From the human T2T-CHM13v2.0 reference genome, Homo sapiens, in assembly GCF_009914755.1 (NCBI RefSeq), contig NC_060932.1: a DNA stretch of 64,000 nt; one strand, 5' to 3'. Shown piece by piece: positions 35,713 to 48,883 of this stretch (positions are counted from its first letter, which is position 1; every line of letters starts with the position of its first letter). A program made the position numbers and the translations under genes. The notes under the pieces were generated by a model, which saw only the letters and a program-made list of their open reading frames with translations, made no database searches and had not been told where the DNA came from.

Positions 35713-37059
35713 GCAAAGTAATTTTAGGTGACCAGAAATTCATATAAAGAGTTAATATACTTAAGGACATAAAATTCAAGTGGAAATTCTGTACAATATC
35801 ACTATGGAAAAAATGTTCATGTGAATGTGAAAAAGAAACAAGTGGAATGCTTTGTAAATAGCCTCTAAGTTAAAACTATAAGTTTAAAACTCTGAGGAGA
35901 ATTATTAGATTGTCATAGCCCAAAAAAGACATATCTTTAGTTACAGCTATAAAATATAACAAAATAAGTTATCCTGAATGTAGAACTGAAAAGACAGAAA
36001 TTGAAACCAAGATAAGTTAAGGGTCAAAGAAAGCAAAATGGGAGGTTCTCACACAAAGCTAATTGGAGTTTCAGAAAGAGAATAGTGAGAGTGAGAGACA
36101 ACTATTTTACAGATTTTTCATAAGTGAGGAAACACAAAAATCTTCAAATCTAGGAGGCACAAATATCAAGAAAGAGAAATACGAAGAAATGTAATATATA
36201 GCTGATTTTGTAGTGGATTCCAAAATGCCAAAGGGAAATTGAAAAGTGTTTAAGTAGTCAGAGAGAAAAGGTTATATATTTTACTATCATGATAATGGAA
36301 ACCAGGAGCAAAATATAACACTTTCACAATGCTAAAAGAATGCAAATACCAGCTTGCCTTTCCTGCGTTCACACTTTTACTTATAAAAATTACAAAACCT
36401 TTGAAATTTGCGTTAAAAGATGCTCAATAAATGCATTTCTGAAAGAGGTACTTGAGGAAGAAGATAAAGGATCTTGCAAGGGAAGTCTGAGAATCAAAAA
36501 TTAATACTGAGCAAAAAATTATTAAACATTTGGGTAAACATAAATAAACACTGACTACATAAAACAGAAGCAAATTTGAAGAGTAAAAAAGTATGGGAGC
36601 TCCACATTATTGGACAACAGTATCATTTAGGATGGGAAATAATGGTTTCAAGTAACATTTGAGCTCTTTGTTCTGTTTAGAAAGATTACAAAGATATTCA
36701 TTGACTGTAAACTTGAAATTTTAGAATGTCTTCTTAATTTAACAACAGCAAGGTATAAAAATAATATAGACCATAGGAAGGAGCAAATTAGAATAAAAAC
36801 AGCATGTTTAATTTCAAAAAGAGAGCATGAAAAACAGAGAAAAAGCAGAACATATAAAATAAGCTTCCAGTGGATATAGACAGTGAAAGTTTCAAATAAT
36901 GTAAAATATGTGTATTATAAATCAACACATTTATGACAGTGTTTGCTTTCAGTGTGAAGGCTAGCAAATGCAATCAGGAAAGCATTCACAAAGAACTGTT
37001 TCAGTAAGCATTATATTTTGACCTGGAATAATCAAAGTGGGCACTCGATTATTTCTTGA

Positions 37060-37985
37060 ATTTTTTTGCAGCTTTTTTGGAGGTATAATTGAAAAATAAA
37101 AATTGTATATATTCAAGGTGTACAACATTAAGTTTTGTTATATGTATGCATTCCACACATATGTGAAATCATGCAGTATTTTTTTTCTGTGTCTGGTTTA
37201 TTTCACTCAGCAGAATGTCCTTCAGGTTCATGGATGTTGCTGCAAGTGACAGGATTTACTTGTGTATTAAGGCTGAATAATATTCCATTGTACATATGTG
37301 TACACACACACACAGACATTTTCTTTGTCTATTTATTTGTTGTTAGATGTCTAGGTTGTTTTCATATCTTGGCTATTGTGAATAATGCCTCAATGAACAT
37401 GGGAGTATGATTATCTCCTCAAAATAGTGATTTCATTTTATTTTGTGGATATATACTCAGAAGTGGGATTGCTGGATCATATGGTAGTTCCATATTTAAT
37501 TTTTTGAGGAACCTCCATTCTGTTTAATTTAAATGATTGTACCAATTTACGTTTCCCACCAACAAGGATGTCCCTCTCTTCACATCCTTCCCAACACTTG
37601 TTACCTTTATAGATATACAATATATATAAAATAGCCATTCAAACATATGAGATGATATCTTACTGTGGTTTTGATTTGCATTTCTCTGATAATTAGTGAT
37701 GTTGAGCACCTTGTTATATACCTGTTGGAGATTAGTTGACCACATATGCATGTGCTTATTTCTGGGTTTTCTATTTCATTCCATCAGTCTATTTTTCTGT
37801 TTCTATGCTGGTACTATACTGTTTTGATTACTGCAGCTTTGTAATATAATTTGAAATCAAAATGTGATGCCTCTAGCTTTGTTATTCTTGCTCAAAATTG
37901 CTTTTGCTATTTATGGGTCTATTGTCATTCCATGAAAGTCTTAGAATTACTTTCTCTATTTCTGTGAAAAAGTCATATAATTTTT
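37060..37985 (-). mobile_element. L1MA8/9-like 3' region with internal deletions
   Basis: Antisense L1M motifs (CATATCTTGGCTATTGTGAATAATG; GGATTGCTGGATCATATGGTAGTTC). Confidence 0.75.
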
Positions 37986-37989
37986 TAAT

Positions 37990-39661
37990 CATCATTAAAA
38001 TATATTCACCATATCCCAACATCCCTCAAGTAACCATTGCAGCATCAACTCTAAGTCTGAAATCTTATCTATATATCATCAAATTGAAACATCCTAAATT
38101 TTATCATTTAAATTATTTATGGGTGAGATTCAGGGTACAGTAGATCCTGTGACAAAACCTCTCCACCTGTGGACCTGTGAAAACACCAAACAAGTTATCT
38201 GCTTCCAAGTTACAATAATTCGACTGAGACAGGCAGAATATAGACATTCTCATTCCAAAGGGAGAAACTGGAAGAAAAAAAGAATTACAGGTCCCAGGCA
38301 AGTCTGAAATCCAACAGGGAAAATTCTATTAGGTTTCAAGGACTACTAATAATTCTTTGTATCTTGAAAATCTGTCCTCTGGGCCTTCTGTGGCAAAAGT
38401 CCTCACTCTCTTGGCCCAAGTAGGTCCCATTGGACAGTGACTCTGCACCCATTTTTATACCCTAGAATTTTTCCTTTATTTTGTCCCATCTCTGTCTCTT
38501 TCAGTCTAAACTGACAGTGTCTCTGCTGGTATAAAATTCTCAAAAGCCTTATCAGTTTCCTGTATAATTCACAGGGATCCAAGCCATAAGACAAGAATTG
38601 TCCCCCACAGATCATTCCTGGATAACTGTGTCTCTATCCCTGGCTTCTGCTGAGAGGTTTGTGGACTGGATCCATGAGTTACACATAAAATCTCATTAAA
38701 AACACCTGTCCAGTTTCATCCTTGACACCGTCTCCAGGACATAGTATCTTAGTACCCTAGAGATTTTCCATATCAACAAGTACTGATTCCTTTTTGCTTC
38801 ACTGTTAATTCCTCACTTTATCTCTTTTTCTCACATTTTACTATAAGAAGCAAGGACGAGCCAGTCTGCACCTTCTGTGCTTTGCTTAGAAATAACCTCA
38901 GCTAAATGTTCACATTTATGACTTACAAGTTCTACTTTTCACTCAATTCTAGAACACGATTCACCCACATTCTCTGACACTTTATACCAAGTATTGCCTT
39001 TCCTTCCTTTCCTCCACTGACCAATAATATGCTTGTCATTTCTCCATAAGGCCTCAACAGGAGCACTGTTAATGTCCATATTTCTAACATCAGTCTTGTC
39101 AAGACAATCTAGGTTTTTCTATTAAGCATCTAAAAATTCTCTCAGCTTCTGTCTCTTACCCAATTCCAAAGCCACTTCCACATTTTTAGCTATCTGTATG
39201 TCAGCTCCCTTCCTTTGGTACTAACATCTGTATTGGCTCCCTAGGGCTGCCATAAACTGAGTGGCTTAAGAGACATTTATTTTCTCAAAGTTCTTAAGGC
39301 TAGAAATCTAACATCAGGGAGTCAACATAGCCATGCCCCCTCTGACATTCTGGGTAGAAGCTGCCTCCTGGCCCCTTCCCAGCTTCCTCTGGTGGCCATC
39401 CATCTTTGACAGGTCTAAGCTTACAGCTGTGTCACCCCAGTCTCTGCCTCCACTGGCACATGGCATCCTCATTGTGTGTCTCTTCTCTTCTTTAAAGAAT
39501 ATAAGTCATGTTGGATTCAGGGCCCACCCTACTCCAGTATGACTTTATTTTAACCATTTATACCTGCAATGGCTCCCTTTTCCAAATGAGTTTACATTCT
39601 GTGGTACTATGGGTTAAAACTTCAATATGTCTTTTTGAAAGACACAGTCTAATTCATAATA
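37990..39661 (-). mobile_element. MaLR provirus remnant: MLT1B/C-like 5' LTR (39229-39661) plus internal sequence (37990-39228)
   Basis: LTR motifs CTAGGGCTGCCATAA.. and GGGCCCACCCTACTCCAGTATGAC; adjacent CCAATTCCAAAGCCACTTCCACATTTTTAG..TGGTAC is typical of the MaLR internal 5' end. Confidence 0.75.
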
Positions 39662-39679
39662 AGAAACTTCAATGTAATT

Positions 39680-40580
39680 AACAAAAGAAGTCATGGAAGC
39701 AGAGAAAAGGACAGCTAGTCCAGCCTGGGATGCTTAGCAAGACAGCCCTTAGGAGGCTGTGCTTAAATTTTCTATATTGTTGAGTATATTAGTTAAGGCC
39801 AATACATAAAAAGGGCTATTGGGGCAGGGGCTGCCAAGATTCAGTACATAATATGCCATTCATGGAACTCAATCTATGGTGGTGGGTTAGTATCAGTGTT
39901 GGTGGTGGTGGGTTAATATCAGTGTTGCTGTCAGAAAGGAAGAGATCCTTGAATTGATGAGAACATGTGAGGCAATTCCAGCCATTATCATGGCATAGGT
40001 TATAGCAAGAGCACTGAAAGTGAAAAAGTCACCCAGGTGAACAAATCTGCGTGGTTAATAAGTGTAAAGGAGAATGAAAGCTGGAGATCGCCAATGCCTA
40101 TGAAAAGAGCACAGGGAGAGGAGCTTTCCAAATGAGGCTTACAATCAATGTAAGATAAAATAAAAAGAGAGGGAATGTAATTGCTGAACCAAGTTGTCAC
40201 AGAGCTGTTAGGCAAGGGAAGCACTGACATAAGTACACTGGATTTGGCAAGCAGGCTTTTCCTGGCTTATGGGAAAGCTTTTTTTTAAATAGAATATGGT
40301 AGAAATGTAATCAGCAAGTATAAACAACAATTTTAAGAATCTTTTCTGTGATGACAGGGAAAGATAGAATAGTAATTAGAGGGAATGTATGGTTAGTAGG
40401 GTACATTCCTTTTTCTTAACTTTTAAAAATGAGAGACGCTGAGGTGTGAGTATGTACTTTAGGAGAAAAAATAGTTGAGCGGTTATAGATAGAAGAAGGG
40501 GCATACTTGAATCACTCATGGAATGTGATCTCAGGAAGAATTGAGATTCAGAGCACAGATGGAAGTGTTCACTTTGAAGA
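39680..40580 (-). mobile_element. Degraded L2
   Basis: Purine-rich antisense L2 pattern (TGGATTTGGCAA..). Confidence 0.45.
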
Positions 40581-41509
40581 GGAGACTAGAATGATCCCAA
40601 CTTACTATCAAAAACGATCCAGCTTTGATGATATTCTTCCAGTGGTTATAAAGTAATTTTCAGTCCTCTTTTATGTATTTACAATGAAAAAAAGGGTCAA
40701 ATAAATAGAAACTGTAGCATAGAACTGATCCTGGATTGGGTTGTTTTCTGTGATCCCAGTAGGAAATAGCTCCACAGGTTCAATTATGTCAACCCGGTAG
40801 TTGGCCTGGAAATGAACATCTCTGTGAGACTCAGATTCCCTTTTCTGCACAGCTGCGTGCTGCAGTCTGAGGAGAGCCAAGCTCTTTCAAAGCCCTACCC
40901 CCTGTCAACAAGAAAAGGCATGAAAAGTCAATTGATCTTCACGGCTATTCATCCCCTTACCAATACTGTTCTCAAAGCTTTCTGAATGAAGTTCGGCTTT
41001 GTTTTATCCTATGTGAATACTTGAATCGGACTCTAAATCAAAATCCTGAACATTCTTAACATTCCATCATGTGGTAATAAATACAAAGACAAATCAAAAA
41101 GTAAAATATTACATAAGGAATGAAACTGAAGAATTGTAGTCTTCTTTCATACTTAGGTTTATTCTGGTAAGCATTTGTCATTATTTGAATTGTTATTATT
41201 TCTATTTGTGTGTTTAGCAGCAGATAATATTGTTGATAGCTACCATTAATATGTAGTGGATATTAAAGTGATCAGTAGGAAGCAAGAACTATTTAATTCT
41301 TGTTTATATCAGCTTGTGGATACATGATAATTTCTCCTTAACCTTTACAAGGTCTTTCATGATTTTGGGGGACTTTCGTTTTTAAAAAAAAAATTCAATG
41401 AATTTTATTTCTCTGCTTTTAAAAACTTTATTTTTCAGTAGTAGTGGAATATTTATGCTGCATCTCTTCTGTCCTTGTTATCTCTCAGTTTATCTGAAAT
41501 TTTTGTTTG

Positions 41510-42277
41510 TATGTTTAATTTTTTAAATTTAGTTTTTAGTTTAGTTTACTACATTTAGGTAAACTGCATGTTGCAGGGGTTTGGTGTGCCGATTGTTTTG
41601 TCTCCCAGGTAACGAACATAGTAGCTGATAGATAGTTTTTTGATCCTCACCCTCCTTCCAACCTCCTCCCTCAAGTAGGTCCCACTGTCTGTTGTTCTCT
41701 TCTTTGTGTCCATGTGTACTCAATGTTTAGCTCCCAGTTATAAGTGAAAACATGTTGTATTTGGTTTCCTGCCCCTGTGTTAGTTTGATTAGGATAATGG
41801 CCTCCAGCTTCACCCATGTTGCTGCAAAGGACATGATCTTGTTCCTTTTTTATGGCTGCATTGTATTTCATGGTCTATATGTACCACGTTTTCTTTAACA
41901 AGACCAACTATTCATGGATATTTAGGTTGATTTCATGGCTTTTCTATTGTAAATAGTACTGCGATGAACTTATGTGTGCATGTGTCTCTATGGTAGAGTA
42001 ATTTATATTTTGGGGGGGAATATGCCCAGTATTGGAATGCTGGGCCAAATGGTAGTTCTGCTTTGAGTTCTTCGAGAAATTGCCAAACTGCTTTCCATGG
42101 TGGATGAATTAGTTTCCCACAACAATGAAAGCATATAAGCTTTCTCTTTTGTCTTCAGCCACACCAGCATCTGTTATGTTTTGACCTTTCAGTAATAGCC
42201 ATTCTGACTGGTGTGAGATGGTATCCCTTTGTGGTTTTGATTTGTATTTCTCTAGTGATCAGTGATGTTGAGCATTT
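41510..42277 (-). mobile_element. L1PA15/16-like 3' end
   Basis: Antisense 3'UTR very similar to the one at 13790-14520. Confidence 0.85.
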
Positions 42278-42504
42278 AGTGGTCTTGCTTTTGTGTGAAT
42301 TCAGCTAAAGGGCACAGACTCCTTTTGTCCTGAGAAACACCTGAATAGCAGGGCACGTGACCCCACCCACACCTGCTACTGATAGCCAGGTGGGCAATGC
42401 CTGCTATAACTTCCAGCCCAGCCTTCCTGAAGCATCAATTTAATACCTGGTGAATGTTATTTTATGCCTGAGCTGCAGGGGGCACAGAGATGACTATGAC
42501 TTAC

Positions 42505-42573
42505 CTTGTGTAAAAGGACATCATGTGAAACAGACCTACAGGCCTATTAGCCCCATGGCAACTCACAGGGACT
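42505..42573 (-). CDS. Candidate 69-nt frame-preserving cassette exon (unvalidated)
   Basis: Branch-like CCCTGAC, pyrimidine tract, TCAG| acceptor; consensus donor AAG|GTAAGT; open in phase 2/2. Confidence 0.4.
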
Positions 42574-43159
42574 CTGACAGAGTACATACAGGGGTCAGGG
42601 TTGGGACCCATGGTAACTTGTGGTCCATGCTACCAAAATGAGGAAGAGGTCAGGAGACTCTTTAAAACCAACACATTTTAACTCTCTGTTGAAAAACAGT
42701 AGGTTTTCATCAAGCAGAAGAGAGCCTAAAGCATTTGTGGCCCTGTGGTACTCTCTGGAAAAGATATACAGAGAGCATCCCAAAACACCACAACACATTT
42801 AGGGGAAAAATACCTGCTTCAGAATGACTTCATTTTCAGCAGAGTAGTTGCCACAAAGACACTCTAAGAAATACAAACATTATCTCATGTCCGGTGTTAA
42901 CATACTGTATTTAAACATCCTCCCATGCAGTGTGAAAGATGGAGTGTATTTGGTGAGATTTGAAAGTGAGAAGATGAGCTAGAAGGCTCCTGAATTAGTA
43001 TAGTGAGAAATTTAAAAGGGTGCATAACACAGAACAGTGCTTTTAATCTGCCCATTCATCTTCATCGTCCTGCTGATGGGACGCTCTGAGTCCCCCATCT
43101 CATTGGACCAATCTCATCTCCTGACCACAGCTCTCACTGCCTGTAGTCAACTTTCCATC

Positions 43160-43615
43160 TTTCATTTAGCAATGGTTTATATGGTGCTTGCTGTGTTTCA
43201 GTAGGTGTGGGAACCTGGCAGCAAACAAAACCAAGACTTTGCTTGAAGAGTTTATCTTTCAGTGGAGGAGGACAGTCACTCATTAAGTAAATGCGTACGT
43301 AGATAGTATGTTAGAAGGCAATAAGTATTCCCGAGAATAAATAAGCAAAGCAGCAAGAAGGCGACAGAATGACAGTGTGCTATTTCACCTAGAGTGGATG
43401 GGGAGGCTTCCATTCTAAGGTCAGACCTGGCAAGGGCATGAGGAAGTGACATGGAGTAAACCACCAGATCTGTGGGGAAGATTCCAGGAGACGTCCAGGC
43501 AGGAGGCAGCTTCCTGTTCTGAGGCAGCATCAACACAGAGATTGCACTGGACACTGAGGATGGACGAGCTGAGCTTGGAGGCGACTGTCCAGAGATGCAG
43601 CAGCTGGGGCCACAG
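43160..43615 (-). mobile_element. L2a-like 3' fragment
   Basis: Collinear with antisense L2a (GCAGCAAACAAAAC.., ATAGTATGTTAGAAGGCAATAAGT.., AGATCTGTGGGGAAGATTCCAGG). Confidence 0.7.
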
Positions 43616-43686
43616 TGAGTGACCAATGGTGACTCCTCTTGGAGTGACTCCTCAAGACAGGATTCCCATGTTAGCATGTCAGCCAT
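43427..43686 (-). CDS. Candidate first coding exon (LTR/L2-derived) of the putative spliced gene (unvalidated)
   Basis: ATG in GGCATGG context; 86 codons + 2 nt to a weak donor CAG|GTCTGA; the unspliced ORF is 136 aa. Confidence 0.35.
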
Positions 43687-43835
43687 GCCTCATCTCCTGG
43701 GCTAGTCTCTGTGTCCTGAGTCCAATTCTTCAGCCTTTCCATTAATTATGGGATCAAGCCAATATCTTTCTTATCAATAAATTTTCTGCTTGAATTCCAT
43801 TCTGTTGTCTAAAGCTAAGAAACCTATCTAGTGGA
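43650..43835 (+). mobile_element. Old MaLR (MLT1H/J-like) LTR 3' fragment
   Basis: CAATAAATTTTCTGCTTGAA..TTCTGTTGTCTAAAGCTAAGAAACCTA resembles the MLT1 LTR end. Confidence 0.5.
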
Positions 43836-44090
43836 GGAATAAGTTTTTTTTACAGATGCTGGTAATTGTGACTTCATAATAACCTTAAAAATGACATTAG
43901 TGTGAGGACTTTAACAGTCTGGAATAACGACGTCACGGCAAGACACTGCCTCCCAACCCCTGAAATTCACACATATGTTTTCCACGGATGACGAAAGCAC
44001 TGAAAATGTCTGTTCAGAAAAAAAAACAGCAATTGAAATAATTCAGCATGATGCCACTGGAAATATACCAACCTTAATAATAAGAGTTCT

Positions 44091-44527
<437 letters not shown>

Positions 44528-46149
44528 CTATTTTAAACAGAAAAATCCTTGGGTAAGATATTGAAATTCATAAAAGTGGGTAGGATTATTGCATATTTTC
44601 CTAAGCAAATAAAAACTATAAGTTATGTTTATATGATATACAGTGTATCATACTGACTTTATAAAATTTAAATTTTATGTTTATTTGACAATAAAATTAC
44701 TGAACTAAAGTCTAAAAGTTTAGAAATAACAGAAAAACAGTGGGAAATAAAAGCCACCTGTGATCCTGCTACACACAAATGCTGTTACCATTTTGATGTA
44801 TGAATCCATTTGTAATGTGTATATTTGCTTACATTTGTGTAGATTTTTGTGTACATATATTTGCATATATTTATGTACATTTGTGTATATCTGTGGGTAT
44901 TTATGTTCCTATAGTTCAGATTACAATGAATTCTGACTTTTGGCATATAGCAGGGGAAATTATGTTATCAACATTTTAAAAAACATTTTTAATTGCAGCA
45001 AAATATTGTACTGAATGTACACATCACAATTTATGTAACCAATCATTTATATTTGAACATGCAATTTTTTACTCTAAAATTGCTGTGGATATTTGTATGC
45101 ATAATTTCTAAATATGACTTATTTGCCTAGGTAAACCCTAAATATGGATGTAGTCTAAGAGTGTAAGCTTTTAGGCTTTAACCCATGTTGACTAGCACTC
45201 CCAGAAGAGCTGCAATATGTAAGAAGGTGTCATTAACCTAGAAAACAGAATGCCTGTGTCATGTCTGCCAACATTCAACTTAGTTAAAATCCCCAAATAT
45301 ATGCTAAAATAACTCCAACTATTTTATTAAAAGTCCATCAGTGAAAACTTAAAAGACTAGAAAGACACATCATTTGATGTGTTATAGTATGCCCTACTCT
45401 GGGAGATTGAGCAAGGAAAAGAAGAAAGAGCCCTCTACATTTATGGGACTCTAGAATTATCTTAATGCACTCCACGGTTGGGCCATTTGAAGAAACAGCT
45501 AATTATCTTTCATGTGCCCACTGTGCACATTCCCCAGATACCTGGCAAGATTGCAAAGCACCAGAGCCAAGAGTGAGTCACTGGAATTTAAAGGAGATGA
45601 GAACATTTGCAGAAAGATTCACAGTGACTCTTAGTGATGAGTAAACTCAGATAGCTCAGTAATGTAGTTCAGTTTAGAATAGTCTTGCCAAATTCAGTTG
45701 ATGTCTGAAGCTTTTCACATGTCACTAGCGAGCTTTGTGTTTCTGTTTTATATTGCAAAGAAAACAATGCAAAAATTAAAATAAGTGCTGGAGTAAATGG
45801 CCGCGAAACTTGCAATGTCATGAAGATAATATATTGTTCTGTAAGGTCCCAGTTTATTTGATAAAAAATAATCAATCAACCAATAAGCACTGATGAGGCA
45901 AATCTTTGTTCTGTGTGATGCTGGAAATCAAGAAGTGTGAGACAGAAATCTAACATTTAAAGAGGGGTCAACTGATTCCACTATTGTTATTGTAGTTGAG
46001 AAGGGTTTCTGGAAGGATCCCACATTGTCACACATGGCATTGCATCTTTCCAGTTGTATCCATGTTCAGTCTTCTTCTGAGCCTAATGAACTGCTAAAGG
46101 TGATGCTTCCTTTCTCAGCCAGATTTCCCATTCTGGTTCATCTTGAACA

Positions 46150-46400
46150 TGTGTGTGTCTGAAAGAGAGTGTGTATGTACGGTGTGTATATGCCTTATGT
46201 ATGTGTATGTGGGTGTAAGAGTGTGTGTGTTTGCGAGAATGTGTGTGTATTTTATGTGGTGTGGTCAGTGTGGGTATGAGTGTTAGAAACTGTGTATGAG
46301 AATGTTCATGTTAGTGTGTATGTGTGAATGTTTATAGTATGTGGATGTAAGTCTGAATGTGGATGGGTGGGTGTGAGTGTGTTTTTGAGTGTGTGTGCAC
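46150..46400. repeat. Degenerate (TG)n low-complexity tract
   Basis: About 250 bp of interrupted TG repeats. Confidence 0.85.
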
Positions 46401-46693
46401 ATACATAATACAAACTCCCCCTTGGCCTGCAGAGACCAAGTGCCAACCTCACTTGTCTTTCATTTTAAATGCTTAAAGCATTAAGTTCATATTTTGACAT
46501 ATCTATCTTCATTCCTTCTTTATGGGAGGATCTTTCTGGATCATCTTTAAAACATGGTCATTTTGGAAACAGGGAGATTGTTTTCATCTCACCTCACACA
46601 TCATTGTACAAATACTTGTATACATTGGTTCCATTATAAAGAAGTAGGTTGAGGGAGCAACCATCTAAGCTCTTTACTAATTATATTCTAAAT

Positions 46694-46803
46694 CAGTGTG
46701 CTCATTGTCTGGTTTCCAAAGCAACGGCTTTAACATCCCCTGGAAACTTGATAGAAATTCAAATTATTTGGCCCACACCAGACCCACTGGAACAGAAACT
46801 CTG
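46694..46803. mobile_element. MER5A-like fragment
   Basis: CATCCCCTGGAAACTTGATAGAAATTCAAATT..CCAGACCCACTGGAACAGAAACTCTG. Confidence 0.65.
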
Positions 46804-48538
46804 TAAGAATGCATGAAAATGTGTTTCTTCAGTGATCACTTGAAAGATACATGGAGTCTCCAGGTTTCGCTGATTATGAATTAGCCTGCTGTTCACGTTT
46901 TAGGCAGGTCTTCCTATGAATGTCTCTTTTCAACTTTCTTACTTAAATATATGGGAATAGGATTGCCAGATCAGATAGTAAGTGCAGGATTGCTACATCA
47001 GATGGTAAGTGCATGTTGAACTTCATAAGATACCTCTGAATGCCCACCAGCAACCTGTAAGAGCTTCAGCTCTTCATCCTTGCCAACCCTTAGTCTGCAT
47101 TTTTTCATTTGTTTCACTTTTGTTTTTAATTTCCAGAATTCTAGTAGGTGTGCAATTGTTCCACATCTTGGGTTTAATTAGCATTTTCCTAATGATTAAT
47201 AAACAAAAATTGTGACTACTAATGGTTCAAACCTACCTAAACGCTTGCAATGAGAGATATGAATATGTGCAAAAATGGACATGTGCTAGGAAGGTTAGCT
47301 AATTAAGCTTCCATATAATTATTTATCCATTTAAAATGGAACATTTTGAGTATCTGAAACACATTAGTTACTATGTGATCATTAAGATACACAGCAATGA
47401 CAACAACAAAATGACATGAAATCCACCTTAGAGAATTCTTAATTTAGTGGAGGGTGAAAATGTAAGTTTAATGCCTTACAACATGTTGTATAAATGTTCT
47501 ACTAGATAGATCTACAGAGAAAGAATTAGAGGACCACAAGGAACCAATAACATATCTCATGATAAAGATTCAGTTAAGGTTTCATAATGCATAATTATGT
47601 ATATTTATAATTTAATAATATTGAAAATAAAAGAAAATAAAAGCTGGGCATATATATGTGTGTTTCATTATTTGTCATCCTTTACAATGGCATATAACTA
47701 TTACACACACACTCACACATAGATACAAATTATTTATATTGACACCTATTATTGCAAAATCAGCTCACACTCTATTTTTCTATAACTTACTTTTTATCTT
47801 TAAATGTTATGACATTTCTTTCTGGGTCACTATAATTGTGTATGTTTGTAGGTTTACCTAATTGTTTCTTATGGCTTCATGATATTTTATAGTATAGCTG
47901 TAATATTGTTATCTAAACATTTTTAAAGTTATTTAGCCAGAAAACATACATTTCTTAAACACTTCCCACGACAGGCATTTTACAAGATCTGGGAACACAA
48001 GAATGAATTCCTCTGTGTGTTTTCTACAGAAACCCAGACTACAGTTAAGATGAAGGATATAATATGATTTATAATACAAGGACATAAAGTTTATAACAGA
48101 GGAGCTATAAACAAAGAAAAGTGAGGAAGAGAGTAGGAGCTTGAAGAAGAATTCACAAGGAATTTCATAGCAAACATAAAAATTTTGCTTTTTACTTTTT
48201 AACACAAACCTGCAATTAAAAAGATTATATATATATATATATATTTGGGTTGAATGAATCAAGCAGTTGGTTAAGTGAGAGAATTTATTTATTTTTTAAG
48301 AAAAGGTAACCAGAAGTAAAATGAATGTTGATAACATTGTAGTTAGGTTTATTCAGGAAGAGATAAGGTTTTGTTAAAGAAGCTGATGGTAAATGAAGTA
48401 AAATTTTCTAATGGCTTGCATTTTTACTTTATACAAGTGTTACAAGCATATGAATACAGGTTGATGGATGTATTTCATCATGTTAAAACCTCTCACTGAA
48501 ATTTTGCAAAAGCAAGACAAATTAAAAATAAAGTCCAT

Positions 48539-48883
<345 letters not shown>

